A stretch of DNA of 55,407 nucleotides from a virus (IMGVR_UViG_3300010366_000015:1-55407); one strand, 5' to 3'; counted from the stretch's first letter, positions 1-9,531 are shown. Translations and numbers: made by a program. Notes: generated by a model from the letters alone, not told the origin.

Positions 1-215
1 ACGGTGTGGTCGGCCCGGCGACGCTGGCCGCCGTGAAGCACTATATCGCGCAGCCGTCCCGGCACGCGCTCCGCTCGGGGCTGGACGATCTGCTGTCCGA
101 GTTCAATGCGGCGCGGCTGCTGTTCGAGGCCGGGCAAGCCTTGTGGTCGGTTGACGCGGGCGGCTGGACGCGGCGCCTCTTCCATTCGCTGGTGATCGCG
201 CTCTCTTTCGGGTGA
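1..215 (+). CDS. C-terminal part of a GH108-family endolysin (peptidoglycan-binding domain), 5' truncated by the window edge
   Basis: GVVGPATLAA ... ARLLF ... GGWTRR matches the DG.IGP.TL.A / GW..R pattern at the C-terminus of GH108 lysozymes. Confidence 0.6.
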   Translation, partial: GVVGPATLAAVKHYIAQPSRHALRSGLDDLLSEFNAARLLFEAGQALWSVDAGGWTRRLFHSLVIALSFG

Positions 216-532
216 CTTTCCGTTCCGCTTGCCGCTCCGGCGTTTCGCCTTCATCCCGGCCTAGGATCGACTGTCATCGGAAGGAAATGATGATCCGAAT
301 GGCAGCCGGTAAGGCACTCACGATTTCTGAGATAATGAAGCGCGGCGTGCCGCCGAACAAAATGCACGCGCGCACGCCGGAACACCTCGCCGAACTCGAA
401 GCCCTCTACCAGTGCATCCAACTGGCCAAAACCAGCCGCGAACTCGGCTTGGAACTGCTGAAGCTGCGGCTTGAAGGGATCGACTGGCGCCACTGCTACG
501 ACCGGCTGCTTGGACACGAACAGGTCACTTGA
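212..532 (+). CDS. Hypothetical protein (true start may be downstream, near 299)
   Basis: Open frame overlapping the endolysin stop (GTGA). Confidence 0.45.
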   Translation: MTFRSACRSGVSPSSRPRIDCHRKEMMIRMAAGKALTISEIMKRGVPPNKMHARTPEHLAELEALYQCIQLAKTSRELGLELLKLRLEGIDWRHCYDRLLGHEQVT

Positions 533-544
533 AACCGTTGCGAA

Positions 545-931
545 TTGTTTCTACACGGCGGGGCCATGTCGGCGACGCTGTTGCTCTATGAAGAACTTGC
601 TCGCCTTAGACGGCAGGTTGCGTCGCTGGCAGCCTACGTCATCCTCATGCGGCAGGAGTTGCAAGCAATGTCAGAGTCGCTCCACGATCAGGTCAACGCC
701 GCAGAGGCGACGATCCAGCAGGAGGTGTCCAATCTCACGGCGGCCGTCGCGGCCGTCGGCGCAGAGGTCGCGGCGCAGCAACAGCAGATCGCCGATCTGA
801 CCAGCCAGCTTTCGCCCGGCTCGCAGATCACACAGGATCAGGTCGATGCGCTGAACGCCGTCTCATCCAACTTGCAGACGCAGGTTGCCGCGCTTCAGGC
901 GATTGCTCCGGCGCCAACGCCGACGCCATAA
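545..931 (+). CDS. Coiled-coil hypothetical protein
   Basis: Ala/Gln-rich heptad pattern; ends at a hairpin. Confidence 0.6.
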   Translation: MFLHGGAMSATLLLYEELARLRRQVASLAAYVILMRQELQAMSESLHDQVNAAEATIQQEVSNLTAAVAAVGAEVAAQQQQIADLTSQLSPGSQITQDQVDALNAVSSNLQTQVAALQAIAPAPTPTP

Positions 932-957
932 AAAGAAGGGGGGCCGAAGCCCCCCCC
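930..957 (-). terminator. Intrinsic terminator between convergent genes
   Basis: Minus strand GGGGGGC-TTCG-GCCCCCC followed by TTCTTTT. Confidence 0.75.
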
Positions 958-959
958 AT

Positions 960-1436
960 TTACTGCGTGATCTGCCATACCGCTCTTACGCGCGCCCGAC
1001 GCTTCACGCGTTCGTCCTTGATCGACACGACATCGCCAGTCCGACCGCATACGTACTTGCGGGCGGTGACCGCTTGCCAGTGGTGCCCGGCTGATACCAG
1101 CCAGACAACGCCATCGGCGAAGCGGCCATCTTGGCGCCATCGCTTATGCCAACTCGCCAACGTCGGCTGCATCCGCCCGGCTCCGCTATAGACGGCCACC
1201 TCCCTCACTTGCAGACCCAAGCGGGTCAGCACGGTACGCACCTCCCACTGATGCGTGCCGGTGATCTTGCGTCTGCCGGTGACGATACGGAACATCGCTG
1301 CCGTCTCGGCTGTGTCCAGCCCGGTAAGGGCCGAGACGATCGCGGGGCCGCACCATCGGTTGCCTCCGGCCTTGGGATGCCGAACCGGACGCAACTTGAC
1401 TACAGGCGTGCGCGCGCCCATTGTGGTCTCTCTCAC
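960..1436 (-). CDS. Putative papain-like (C39-like) cysteine peptidase domain protein
   Basis: NRWCGPAIVSAL (Cys helix) and GHHWQAV (His strand); AGGAG SD; has its own promoter. Confidence 0.55.
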   Translation of the reverse strand: MRETTMGARTPVVKLRPVRHPKAGGNRWCGPAIVSALTGLDTAETAAMFRIVTGRRKITGTHQWEVRTVLTRLGLQVREVAVYSGAGRMQPTLASWHKRWRQDGRFADGVVWLVSAGHHWQAVTARKYVCGRTGDVVSIKDERVKRRARVRAVWQITQ

Positions 1437-1497
1437 GTAATTCTCCTGTCAAAGAACAGTCCGGCGGGGTCGCTGTAACGGCCTCGCCGAACAAATC

Positions 1498-1526
1498 ATT
1501 ATAACACAATCCGAAAATAAAATCAA
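1498..1526 (-). promoter_or_regulatory. Sigma70-type promoter
   Basis: TTGATT-N17-TATAAT with an extended TG, upstream of 960..1436. Confidence 0.8.
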
Positions 1527-1811
1527 TGTCGCATTTTCACGACATTTGCGTGCGATTGTGTTGGCTGTCGCTTTTGACGCCCGATTACTTGGGTGTACGT
1601 AACACCCCCAATTCCGTTATTGACGTGCGCGGGCCTACCGTCCCGGCATTATGTTGGCGCCAGAAATCCTAGACGAATGGCTTGACGTGCCATGTCGCGA
1701 GGTGGGCGATCGGACGCCTCGCGACATCCTTCAGCGCGGGGACAGCATCGACGTTATGATGCTGTGGGAACTGATGTGTCGGATGGAGGCGGAGGCGGCC
1801 TATCAGCGGGC

Positions 1812-2000
1812 CTAAACGGAAACTCCATTCAGCATGTTGCGGGTCCAGCACAGCGCGCTATACCAGCCGCGTTCGTAGCTATCAGGGTCATCATGTGCGT
1901 CGGCCAAATCGCGCGCGGCCTGTTCTATCTTAGCATCTAGCCGTTGCCGCCAATGGCGCGGCAGGGTCGTCTGGTGGCGCTGCGGCTGATCTTCACTCAT
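1812..2000 (-). CDS. Hypothetical protein
   Basis: Overlaps the upstream ORF end in the leftward operon. Confidence 0.55.
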   Translation of the reverse strand: MSEDQPQRHQTTLPRHWRQRLDAKIEQAARDLADAHDDPDSYERGWYSALCWTRNMLNGVSV

Positions 2001-2280
2001 CGCGGACCACCTTCGCGCCAGCCGTGGTTAGCCGCCAAACTCTATGCTCGCTGACTAGTCCGCGCCGGATGAGTGTTGGGATAAGAGCCTCAAGATGGGG
2101 GGCACAAATGCCCGGCTCGTCTTGACCGTACGCGATGGCGTTGAGCATCGACCATTCGTCTCTGCTTACTGTGGTCTTGGAGAGCGCCTGTTGATCCTCG
2201 ATTTCGCGGGCGCGGGCTTCTGCCTGTGCCTTCCTCATCTCTCGATGGCGGATGTCGTCAGGGGTAGCTCTGTTTTCCAT
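1993..2280 (-). CDS. Hypothetical protein, possible winged helix at the C-terminus
   Basis: LIRRGLV...WRLTTAG wing-like motif. Confidence 0.55.
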   Translation of the reverse strand: MENRATPDDIRHREMRKAQAEARAREIEDQQALSKTTVSRDEWSMLNAIAYGQDEPGICAPHLEALIPTLIRRGLVSEHRVWRLTTAGAKVVRDE

Positions 2281-2412
2281 CGCTGATGTCCATGCTGACG
2301 TAGCGCAGATACAATTCCAGTTCGGCCAGATCGACTGGTGGCATTAATTCACACGGCGCGCCGAATAGCTCCAGCACCTCTTCCGGTGTCATGTCGGTGG
2401 TTTTGTTTTCGC

Positions 2413-2655
2413 TCACGGTTGCGGGTCTCCATCTTCAATAGCGCCCTCGCGCTTGGCCATATCAATCGCGCCCTCTGCGGCTTCGGTGGTCATTCCAAAA
2501 CGCATCACAAGCAGGTCGCGCACGTCTTCCAGATCGGCGCCGAAGCCATCCGGCTTGCCGTCGCCAAGGGACGCCACAGAGACACAATGCAGAACCTTTA
2601 GGACCGGCTCGCTGTATGGGGTCGATTGGTCGCGCCCCGGCTGATCTTCACTCAC
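2413..2655 (-). CDS. Hypothetical protein
   Basis: GTG start overlapping the upstream stop; N-terminus SEDQP is shared with 1812..2000. Confidence 0.55.
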   Translation of the reverse strand: MSEDQPGRDQSTPYSEPVLKVLHCVSVASLGDGKPDGFGADLEDVRDLLVMRFGMTTEAAEGAIDMAKREGAIEDGDPQP

Positions 2656-3070
2656 GCAACGCCTCCATCTTCCAGCCCTTTCGGGCGCAGTAGTCCAGCA
2701 TCCACGCCAGCGTCTTCCCCTCCGTCCACCGGAGCATCGGCGCCCCATGGTCCACGCGCTGATCGGCATTGAACCGCAGCCCGGCCGTGAAGTCCGGCGC
2801 CTCGATCCGATACCATTGCTTGGCCAACGGCCCGATCTTCGCCGCGACCGTAGCAACGGCCATCCGGGGGGTGTCGTCCCATTCGATAAAGTACGCGGTC
2901 CCGACATCAGGATGGGAGATTGACCCAAGCACCGTTCCGCGCGCGCCCACCGGATGAGCGTCGCCCTTCTCTTCGATCGTCTTTTCAACCCGCGAGCCGT
3001 TCGGGTAGCAGCCGTCCGCTTGCTCCCGCGTGAACACGCCAGCCCAACCCGGTTCCTCCCGCAGATTCAC
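2648..3070 (-). CDS. Hypothetical protein
   Basis: GGAGG SD; coupled GTGA start. Confidence 0.65.
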   Translation of the reverse strand: MNLREEPGWAGVFTREQADGCYPNGSRVEKTIEEKGDAHPVGARGTVLGSISHPDVGTAYFIEWDDTPRMAVATVAAKIGPLAKQWYRIEAPDFTAGLRFNADQRVDHGAPMLRWTEGKTLAWMLDYCARKGWKMEALRE

Positions 3071-3342
3071 GCCGTCCCTCCCCGCTCCCGCTCCTGCACC
3101 ATCGCCCGGCCGATCGCCAGCGTTGCCTCGCCGAAGACCTTCGCGAAAGCGTCGTGCGGATCGGCCGCGTTCATCACGTAACTGACGACGAGGCTGGTCA
3201 GGAACCGAAGCCGCAGGTTATCCGTGGGCAGGTCGCGCCATGCCTCTCCTGCCGGGATCAGGGCCTCGCGCAGCAGCTTCGCGTCTTTCGGATTGAGCGG
3301 ATTGTCCGGGTTCCGGACGCTGATCGGCGGCGGCTTGGTCAT
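3067..3342 (-). CDS. Hypothetical protein (MTKPPPISVR...)
   Basis: ATGA-coupled start in the operon. Confidence 0.6.
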   Translation of the reverse strand: MTKPPPISVRNPDNPLNPKDAKLLREALIPAGEAWRDLPTDNLRLRFLTSLVVSYVMNAADPHDAFAKVFGEATLAIGRAMVQERERGGTA

Positions 3343-3530
3343 TCTGCGGTCTCGGGCGCCACTTGGGCCTTCATGTCGCGGAACAGCTTTGCCAACATCC
3401 GCGCAGCGTCCACGCCGCTCTGCGCCTCTAGAAGCCCATCCTCCATTCCGTCCGCCATTTCCTCCGCAGCCGACTGTGCGAGCGCGAGGCCCACTATCAT
3501 CCCGCGCCGGTAGTCTCGTGTCGCTGCCAT
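3339..3530 (-). CDS. Small helical protein, paralog of 13473..13664
   Basis: Shared GL..A..AAE.MA.G.E...G.DA.R.LA...R.M pattern; both are 63 aa. Confidence 0.65.
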   Translation of the reverse strand: MAATRDYRRGMIVGLALAQSAAEEMADGMEDGLLEAQSGVDAARMLAKLFRDMKAQVAPETAE

Positions 3531-3682
3531 TTGCTTTCGCCCTATCTCCTGTACGGAGAGGCGGCAACCCGCCAAGGCACCCCCTCTCCGCCCCCCTTGG
3601 CCGTTCTGGAGGTCGGGCCGGGGGCGACGATTTTCCTCCGCGTCAGTCCGGCGTCAACCGAGAACGACGGGGGAACATGCAG

Positions 3683-3836
3683 CTTACAAAATTGGGCGGC
3701 GGATACATACAAAGGGGGTGATGTAGGCGCTTTTGTAAGTTTGGGCGCCTAGAGGAAGGCCGAATTTCCGCATCATTGACGCTTACGAAATTCAAGCCTT
3801 CCAATAGTTTAGGCGATACAAAACTGACTTTTGTAT
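3683..3836. repeat. Cluster of WTAC(A/G)AAA-type repeats, candidate att/integrase arm sites
   Basis: Six direct or inverted copies in an AT-rich gap just downstream of the integrase, including the palindrome ATACAAAA-CTGAC-TTTTGTAT (3816-3836). Confidence 0.5.
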
Positions 3837-3858
3837 TTCGTTGCGTAGGTGGGGCGCA

Positions 3859-4047
3859 TTAGCAAATCACTCCACCCCGCGCCATCAACTCTCTGGCGTG
3901 ATCCCAACAGCACGTTGCTTGTCGCTCTCCAGTGGCCAGCGTGCGCGTCCACCAGCCGCGAGGTGCGTCGTGCAGGGCGCCAAGTTCGCCCATGTCAACC
4001 GGCTGTCCCTCACCGGTCGTTCCGCAGATTTCGCATTTGAACTTCAT
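3859..4047 (-). CDS. Small Zn-finger-like protein
   Basis: MKFKCEICG...CCWDH; ATGA overlap with the integrase stop. Confidence 0.55.
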   Translation of the reverse strand: MKFKCEICGTTGEGQPVDMGELGALHDAPRGWWTRTLATGERQATCCWDHARELMARGGVIC

Positions 4048-5063
4048 GCCTTCGCCGCCTGCCACGCTTCGAGCCTCGCGATTGCTTCCTTGGCGCCGAT
4101 CTTCTGGTTCATTGACTTGGTGTAGTGCTGCACCATGCTCATCGTTCCCCATCCGCCAATCGTCATAATCAGGCGCTCGGAGCAACCGGCTTGCGCGAGC
4201 CTTGTGGCCGCCAGCTTACGCAGTCCGTGGATCGACCGGCCTTCGGGGAAGCCGTCAATCTTCGCGAGGTAGATGCTGATCTGCGCCGACAGATTGCCCG
4301 GCTGCCACGGCTCGCCCTTGTCGGTGGTCAGCACGGTCCCGACAACCGGCCTGCCCGACGTGTCCACCACTTTCGCCTCTGCCAGCCAAGCGTCAAGCTC
4401 GGCCTTCAAGGCGGCGGTGACGGGCAGTTCCAGCTTCACGCCAGTCTTGATCTGCGTCAGCTTGATCGTCTCGCCGTCGTACTGCGACCAGCGCATGGTG
4501 GTCAGGTCGCTGCGGCGCTGGCCAGTATGCAGGGCCAGTACCACGGCGCGGCGCAACCGCTCCGGCAGATGGCGCATCGCGAGCGCCACGTCTTCTTCCG
4601 TCCACGGTTCGAACTCGCCCAACTTGATGTCTTTGCGGAGTCTGGTGGCGGGCGAGACGGCGATGTACTCGCGATCGACCGCGAAGCTGAACAGCGCCCC
4701 GACGGCCGTCGCGAAGCCAAGGGCGGCGCCGGGACCGCTGGCCTCGTTGATGGCGTCCCGATGGTCCAACAGATGGCGCCGGGTGATCGTATTGACCGGC
4801 ACGGTTTCGAGGTTCTCCAGCAGCCGGTCCAACGACGGCCTGTAGGTGATCTGCGATGACCGGGCGAGGTTGGTCCATCGCGGGGATCGCTTGTACGCCC
4901 GCATCAGTGCCCCGAGTGTGTTGGGGTCTGATGGCGGTGTTGGGGTGGGTTCTTTCGGCTGGTGGGCGCCGTAGTGGTAGACCTTAACGGTGCCGTCTGC
5001 CCTAGTGTATCGGACGACGCGACCGGCGGCGGCGCGTCGCTTGCGCGAGGATTTTTTCAACAT
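4044..5063 (-). CDS. int: Tyrosine recombinase / phage integrase
   Basis: HTGQRRSD (R), QIKTG (K), HGLRK (HxxR), GGW and HYT catalytic Tyr. Confidence 0.95.
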   Translation of the reverse strand: MLKKSSRKRRAAAGRVVRYTRADGTVKVYHYGAHQPKEPTPTPPSDPNTLGALMRAYKRSPRWTNLARSSQITYRPSLDRLLENLETVPVNTITRRHLLDHRDAINEASGPGAALGFATAVGALFSFAVDREYIAVSPATRLRKDIKLGEFEPWTEEDVALAMRHLPERLRRAVVLALHTGQRRSDLTTMRWSQYDGETIKLTQIKTGVKLELPVTAALKAELDAWLAEAKVVDTSGRPVVGTVLTTDKGEPWQPGNLSAQISIYLAKIDGFPEGRSIHGLRKLAATRLAQAGCSERLIMTIGGWGTMSMVQHYTKSMNQKIGAKEAIARLEAWQAAKA

Positions 5064-5307
5064 TGGCCCTAGTCCCTTCATCGGTAGTCGTAGCGGTAGT
5101 CGTTACCGCGTTCTTTGCGGCACCGGAAGTATCCTCGCCTTGCATTATCAAATCAAGCATCTTGCGGCTCCACCGGGGCGAACGCGGGCCTGCCGCGTAA
5201 GAGGGCTTGGGCAGCACGCCGTCACGGACCAGCTTGTTGAACTTGGACACTTTGACGGACAGGTGGCGGGCGGCGTCTTCGCGCTCCATCCATTCTTCGC
5301 CGATCAT
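5002..5307 (-). CDS. Excisionase/AlpA-like DNA-binding protein
   Basis: EDAARHLSVKVSKFNKLVRDGVLPKP...PRW helix-turn-helix-wing, directly upstream of the integrase. Confidence 0.75.
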   Translation of the reverse strand: MIGEEWMEREDAARHLSVKVSKFNKLVRDGVLPKPSYAAGPRSPRWSRKMLDLIMQGEDTSGAAKNAVTTTATTTDEGTRANVEKILAQATRRRRSRRPIH

Positions 5308-5495
5308 TCGCCCCACCTCCTGCTTGCCCGCGTGTCGCGCCCGGCCAGCGCGTCGCCGTGAAACTGTTCGGCGATCAGCGCCATCGACTTTGCCCACGCC
5401 TCTACCCGGCGGGGGTTATCGCGGGCGGCCGGATATTTCATCGCGGCTTCCCAAAACGCCCGATACCAACTGGCGCGTTCTTCAGGGTCCAGCAT
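5304..5495 (-). CDS. Hypothetical protein
   Basis: TGATG coupling upstream and ATGA downstream. Confidence 0.55.
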   Translation of the reverse strand: MLDPEERASWYRAFWEAAMKYPAARDNPRRVEAWAKSMALIAEQFHGDALAGRDTRASRRWGE

Positions 5496-5941
5496 CAGAA
5501 CGGCTCCTTGGTGATGCTCTTCCATTGAGCCAGCGGCACGTCGATCACCGGCTCATAGTCGTATTCGGTCCTCATCATCCGACGCCCGCCCATCCGGTTC
5601 TTTGTCGCGTCAACCGTCCAGACATTCACCCACCAGATTTCTCCGCCCGTGAAACCGGCAACAAAGATGGGATCACACGCCAAGCCCGGCGCGTTGTTGG
5701 TCAGGTTCATCCACTTGCGGACGCTGATCCACACGGTCGGGAACTGCCGGAACGGGTGCTTCCTGTCCTTGCACTCTAGGACGCCGCTAAGGGGTACGGG
5801 CCGGTTTCCTTCCTCGCGCAGCGCATACCAATCGACCGGGCAGAGGCCGCCGAACCTGCGGATCGTGCAGTTCCAAGCGAACGCGCATTTCGCCATGATC
5901 GCGTCTTCCGCGTCCCGATCCTCTTTGCGCTGGAAGATCAA
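5495..5941 (-). CDS. PD-(D/E)xK superfamily nuclease-like protein
   Basis: PVDWY...LECKDR motif. Confidence 0.6.
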   Translation of the reverse strand: MIFQRKEDRDAEDAIMAKCAFAWNCTIRRFGGLCPVDWYALREEGNRPVPLSGVLECKDRKHPFRQFPTVWISVRKWMNLTNNAPGLACDPIFVAGFTGGEIWWVNVWTVDATKNRMGGRRMMRTEYDYEPVIDVPLAQWKSITKEPF

Positions 5942-6309
5942 TTCTTGGCCGCCCGCATTTCTTGCGTGATGAAGGCGAGGACACGGCAGCGGACGGCCAT
6001 GTCCAGCCAGTTCAGCATTTCGGTAAGCGCGTCGGCTTCGTCAAACTCTGCGACGGCGGCGCACTGCATGTGCGTGCGGGCGACGACGCCAACCAGCCAC
6101 GACACGGCGGCCAGTACGACCGGGGGCGACAACTGGTCCTGATTGGCGATCTCGCAGATGGATTGGCCGGTGCTGACGACAAGTTCGCTCAACCGCTGCG
6201 GCACCATCTGGTCGAGTTCCCGAATCTCGTTCCAAATCTGCTCGAAGCGGGCGTTCTCTTCCGGCGTGAGGGCGCGGTCGTTAGAGGCGGCTGGCATCGT
6301 TCCTTGCAC
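5938..6309 (-). CDS. Hypothetical protein
   Basis: Operon context, SD present. Confidence 0.6.
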   Translation of the reverse strand: MQGTMPAASNDRALTPEENARFEQIWNEIRELDQMVPQRLSELVVSTGQSICEIANQDQLSPPVVLAAVSWLVGVVARTHMQCAAVAEFDEADALTEMLNWLDMAVRCRVLAFITQEMRAAKN

Positions 6310-6496
6310 GGCGTTCCCCTTCTAGCTTCGTTATCAGCGCCTCCAATATCGCAATCCGCCGATCGGCTGTTTCGGCTTTCAGCAGCTTCGCCTGAACTTG
6401 GCGCGGGAAGACGCGATGGCGCATTTCCACCTCGCGCCGTAGCTCGGCGATCATTTCGTCCAAGGTGATCGGCAGAAGATCAGTAGTCATAGTCAT
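6281..6496 (-). CDS. Small phage hypothetical protein
   Basis: ITLDEMIAELRREVEMRHRVFPR, a recurrent phage motif. Confidence 0.65.
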   Translation of the reverse strand: MTMTTDLLPITLDEMIAELRREVEMRHRVFPRQVQAKLLKAETADRRIAILEALITKLEGERRARNDASRL

Positions 6497-6887
6497 CGGC
6501 CGCTTGCTCCGCCTCTTCGAACTCTTGGGGCGTCGGCGGGATGTCGGGGGCCATGTACACGATGGATTTGCGCCGACCACGGAAGAAGCCGATTTCACGG
6601 GCGATTCCGAGAGACCGTTCCCATCCTTCAGCTTCCACCACGATCAGACCGTCAGCGGCGTCCATAACGTGCTCGTCTAACTCCAGCCAGAAGTCGTGGC
6701 CGGGGTCTGCCTTCATTTGGATTGCTATAGGGTGTGTGTGCCCGATGGGGGTGAAGACGCGAACGCCCGCCTCCAAACACAGGGCGGCTTGCTTCGTCGC
6801 GAACTTCCACGCGGCGTCGTGGCCGCCCGGAAACTCCGCATAGGGAGTGGCGAGATACCAGAAGCCACGCATCATGTGATCCCTCAT
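6480..6887 (-). CDS. DUF1937 / nucleoside deoxyribosyltransferase-like protein
   Basis: YLATPY...VFTPIGHTHPI...W..S.GI..EI. Confidence 0.75.
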   Translation of the reverse strand: MRDHMMRGFWYLATPYAEFPGGHDAAWKFATKQAALCLEAGVRVFTPIGHTHPIAIQMKADPGHDFWLELDEHVMDAADGLIVVEAEGWERSLGIAREIGFFRGRRKSIVYMAPDIPPTPQEFEEAEQAADDYDY

Positions 6888-8140
6888 TGGCTTGCGATCT
6901 CATCGAACCGCTTGACGAAGGCGGCCGTCACCTCTGCGGCAAGGGGATCGTCATTGGCCCGCCAGCGGTCGCGCGGCGTCTTGACCGCTTGGTTGTTGGC
7001 GTAGGTGCGCAGTTCGTGCGGGTCGGTGATCCCCGCGATGTTGCTGATGATGAAGTCGGCCGTCGCGCGGTCCTTGTCCGCCTGTGAGCGGGCGGCAGGC
7101 CGGATCGGTTCGACGTTCGGGGGTGGCGGCTCTTCGTCCGCCGGGGGGATGTACTCGTCGCCGGAAGCAGCATCAGATAGCGGAACGGGGGACGAAACGG
7201 TCTCTGGTGCTGCAACCGGCGACGCTGCGGCAGTTGTAGCGTCTGCCGCCGACGCCGGACTCGGAATACCATCGTTCTCCGGCGGCGTCTCTGATTTTCC
7301 CCGACGCTGGCGCTTAATGGTCTCTTTCAGGCCCTCGTTGCCTTGGGGCTTGGGCGCCAACTCGGCTTCGGCCGGGAACCAATCTCTCGGCTCCGACATG
7401 CCGTCCTTCAGGCTGGTGTAGATTTTCCGCAGTTGGATCACTTGCGCGGGCCGGATCGCGGCAAGGTGGCACTGGCAGCGTGTTTCGATCTGGCGCTGGC
7501 TCACGCCGAACTCGCTGAACGCGCCGACGATCCTCTTCAGGGCTTCCGGCGAGGTATCGGCCGTTGCCGTCAAGGTCTCTTCACAGGCGGCTATAGCTGC
7601 GTTGACCACTTCGTCGCCCAACACTGTCAGCAGCACGGCGCGCTTCCGCCTTTGCCCAAGGTTGGCGATCAGTTCGTAAATGTCGCGCTCGTCCGTGAGG
7701 TCGCGCCCGCCGCTCCGCGTGTCGATCCGGTGCCTGACGTGGAACTGGCGTTCATCGTAGAAGCCGCTTTCCAAATCCCAAGCGTAGGCGACGCATTCCG
7801 AATACCCTTGGCCGCGCGACAGTTCTTTGATGCCGGACGCGATATTGCCCCACCTCATGGCGATGGCTTCGGCGAGCTTGATCGAGGCGCCGCTGATCGA
7901 CGTGCCGCCCTTCGAGTACTGGTAGAGCGCGGCTTCAGCCAACGTCGGGCGGGTGCAGTCGTTCAAGATCAATTCCATCGCGTCGAAGCGTTTGCGGGGG
8001 TTATTGCGCGCAACGATCATCCGCGCTTGCACCTCCGCGACGGCGCGCTGCTGTTCGACGCTGATAAGCGCGCTGACCGGCTGGACAACAGCGCGGGTCT
8101 CGTTTTCGAACGGGTTCCGAACGGTGGCGATTTCGTTCAT
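6884..8140 (-). CDS. Conserved phage protein next to YqaJ; candidate single-strand annealing partner
   Basis: GASIKLAEAIAMRWGNI...AYAWDLESG core plus a disordered C-terminus; located two genes downstream of the exonuclease. Confidence 0.55.
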   Translation of the reverse strand: MNEIATVRNPFENETRAVVQPVSALISVEQQRAVAEVQARMIVARNNPRKRFDAMELILNDCTRPTLAEAALYQYSKGGTSISGASIKLAEAIAMRWGNIASGIKELSRGQGYSECVAYAWDLESGFYDERQFHVRHRIDTRSGGRDLTDERDIYELIANLGQRRKRAVLLTVLGDEVVNAAIAACEETLTATADTSPEALKRIVGAFSEFGVSQRQIETRCQCHLAAIRPAQVIQLRKIYTSLKDGMSEPRDWFPAEAELAPKPQGNEGLKETIKRQRRGKSETPPENDGIPSPASAADATTAAASPVAAPETVSSPVPLSDAASGDEYIPPADEEPPPPNVEPIRPAARSQADKDRATADFIISNIAGITDPHELRTYANNQAVKTPRDRWRANDDPLAAEVTAAFVKRFDEIASQ

Positions 8141-8316
8141 TCCAATATCCCTAGAAGGATTTTCACGGTCGCGTATGCGAGCCAGATCAGCAGCAGCGCC
8201 GCTCCGGCCAGCAGCCATCCGTAGGCGGCACCGGCCAGCAGCCCGACGCCGATACTCACGAAGATGACGCCAAGCATCAGCAGACAGCCCATGCCCGCCT
8301 GCTCGTCTTCGGTCAT
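8137..8316 (-). CDS. Small membrane protein (2 TM)
   Basis: Hydrophobic stretches; ATGA couplings. Confidence 0.65.
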   Translation of the reverse strand: MTEDEQAGMGCLLMLGVIFVSIGVGLLAGAAYGWLLAGAALLLIWLAYATVKILLGILE

Positions 8317-9206
8317 GCGGCCTCGTCCTGAACGTCGGTGTTCTTCAGGCGCAGCACGCGGCCTTCCGGGCGGGTTGTGGTGTACGTGCTGCCCTTCATC
8401 ATCTTCCACGTCGCGAGCACGTTGCCGCGCGCGTCGGTCACAGTGTCGCCGTGGTCGGCGATCTCGCTGAAGATGGCCAGCTTGGCAGCCTCTTCGTCTT
8501 GCTTCAGTGACTTCTGCGCCTCTTTGATCCGCCGCAGGGTGTCGATCTCGTGCAGCAGTTCGGGCGTGGCGATGATGCTGCCGGTGCCCCGGAACTTGCC
8601 CCACCGCAGGATCGCGTCGGCGACGCTCGCCGGACTTGGCGGTTCCTTGGCGCGGACCATGGCCCAAAAGGCGGCTTCGGCGTCGATGATCTGTTCGGCC
8701 AGTTCGGGATCGGCCTCCACCACATAGATGCGGAAGTCGCTGCCGCCGATCAGCACGGCCACGTCGCAGGCGCCCGCGCCCGTGACAGCCATATAGTGGT
8801 GTACTTGCGGCAGGTAGTGCATCGGGATTTGGTCGGTGTACGGCTCGCCCCATCCTTCGACGTGGCGTGTGGTCTTTAGCTCCAACACGCGGCCGGTGCT
8901 GGTCATACCGTCGAGGCTGGCGATCATCCACTCATGCTCGGGGTGGCGGAGCATCGTGTTCGTCGCGGTGATCTCATACCCGGTGCGGCGCACGTACTCC
9001 GTGCGCATGACCGGCTCCAACGCGGCGCCCCAACGCATCGCCTCCGTCTCGGGCTTCGGCTCGTAGTTCGGGTCGGTCTTCTCGTAGTACACGTCGAGCG
9101 CGGTACGCCACGGCGATACGCCAAGGACCGCAGGCGCGTCGGAACCTCCGATGCCCTTCTTGCGTGCTTCGAGCCATTCGGGTGTGCGTTGGATGATGCT
9201 GGTCAA
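8313..9206 (-). CDS. YqaJ / lambda-exonuclease family protein
   Basis: EWLEARKKGIGGSD, WG..LE, ASLDG, LELKT, Q..HYMAV; TTG start after GGAGG. Confidence 0.9.
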   Translation of the reverse strand: MTSIIQRTPEWLEARKKGIGGSDAPAVLGVSPWRTALDVYYEKTDPNYEPKPETEAMRWGAALEPVMRTEYVRRTGYEITATNTMLRHPEHEWMIASLDGMTSTGRVLELKTTRHVEGWGEPYTDQIPMHYLPQVHHYMAVTGAGACDVAVLIGGSDFRIYVVEADPELAEQIIDAEAAFWAMVRAKEPPSPASVADAILRWGKFRGTGSIIATPELLHEIDTLRRIKEAQKSLKQDEEAAKLAIFSEIADHGDTVTDARGNVLATWKMMKGSTYTTTRPEGRVLRLKNTDVQDEAA

Positions 9207-9531
9207 TGGCGCCTCCGAACTATTCCTCGCACGCGACGTAATTCCGCAAGCGGAGACGATTTCGCGTGTGCCGGTGGGTGTTGAGTTGTAGGGTGTCTGC
9301 CCGCTGACGTGGCGCTGCTTGGCCGTCGTCTTGTGCATAGCGTGATCGTGTAATACCGCCCCATTGTGCTTACAAGCGATATTTCCGATTGACGAAAATT
9401 CATCGTCGGACCTAGACGATAGCAATGGCGCCGGATAATCGCACGGTTTGGAGCAATATCGTATCCGGTTTTACTCCGGCCTTTACTGCGGTTCGGCGCC
9501 AGCCTCCCCACCACTGAAAAGGATACATCGC

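Noticed and set aside
1983-2654. 17-bp repeat CGGCTGATCTTCACTCA at 1983-1999 and 2638-2654 as an att core
   Set aside because: It coincides with the start codons of two small genes (SEDQP) and is more simply a gene-start duplication; no arm sites nearby.
8313-9425. Long N-terminal extension of YqaJ given in the ORF track
   Set aside because: Homology starts near the TTG at 9206, which has a GGAGG SD; the extension covers the divergent control region.
9230-9530. Classical CI/Cro switch at the divergence between the recombination and replication operons
   Set aside because: No repressor ORF or clear operator repeats could be identified in the gap.
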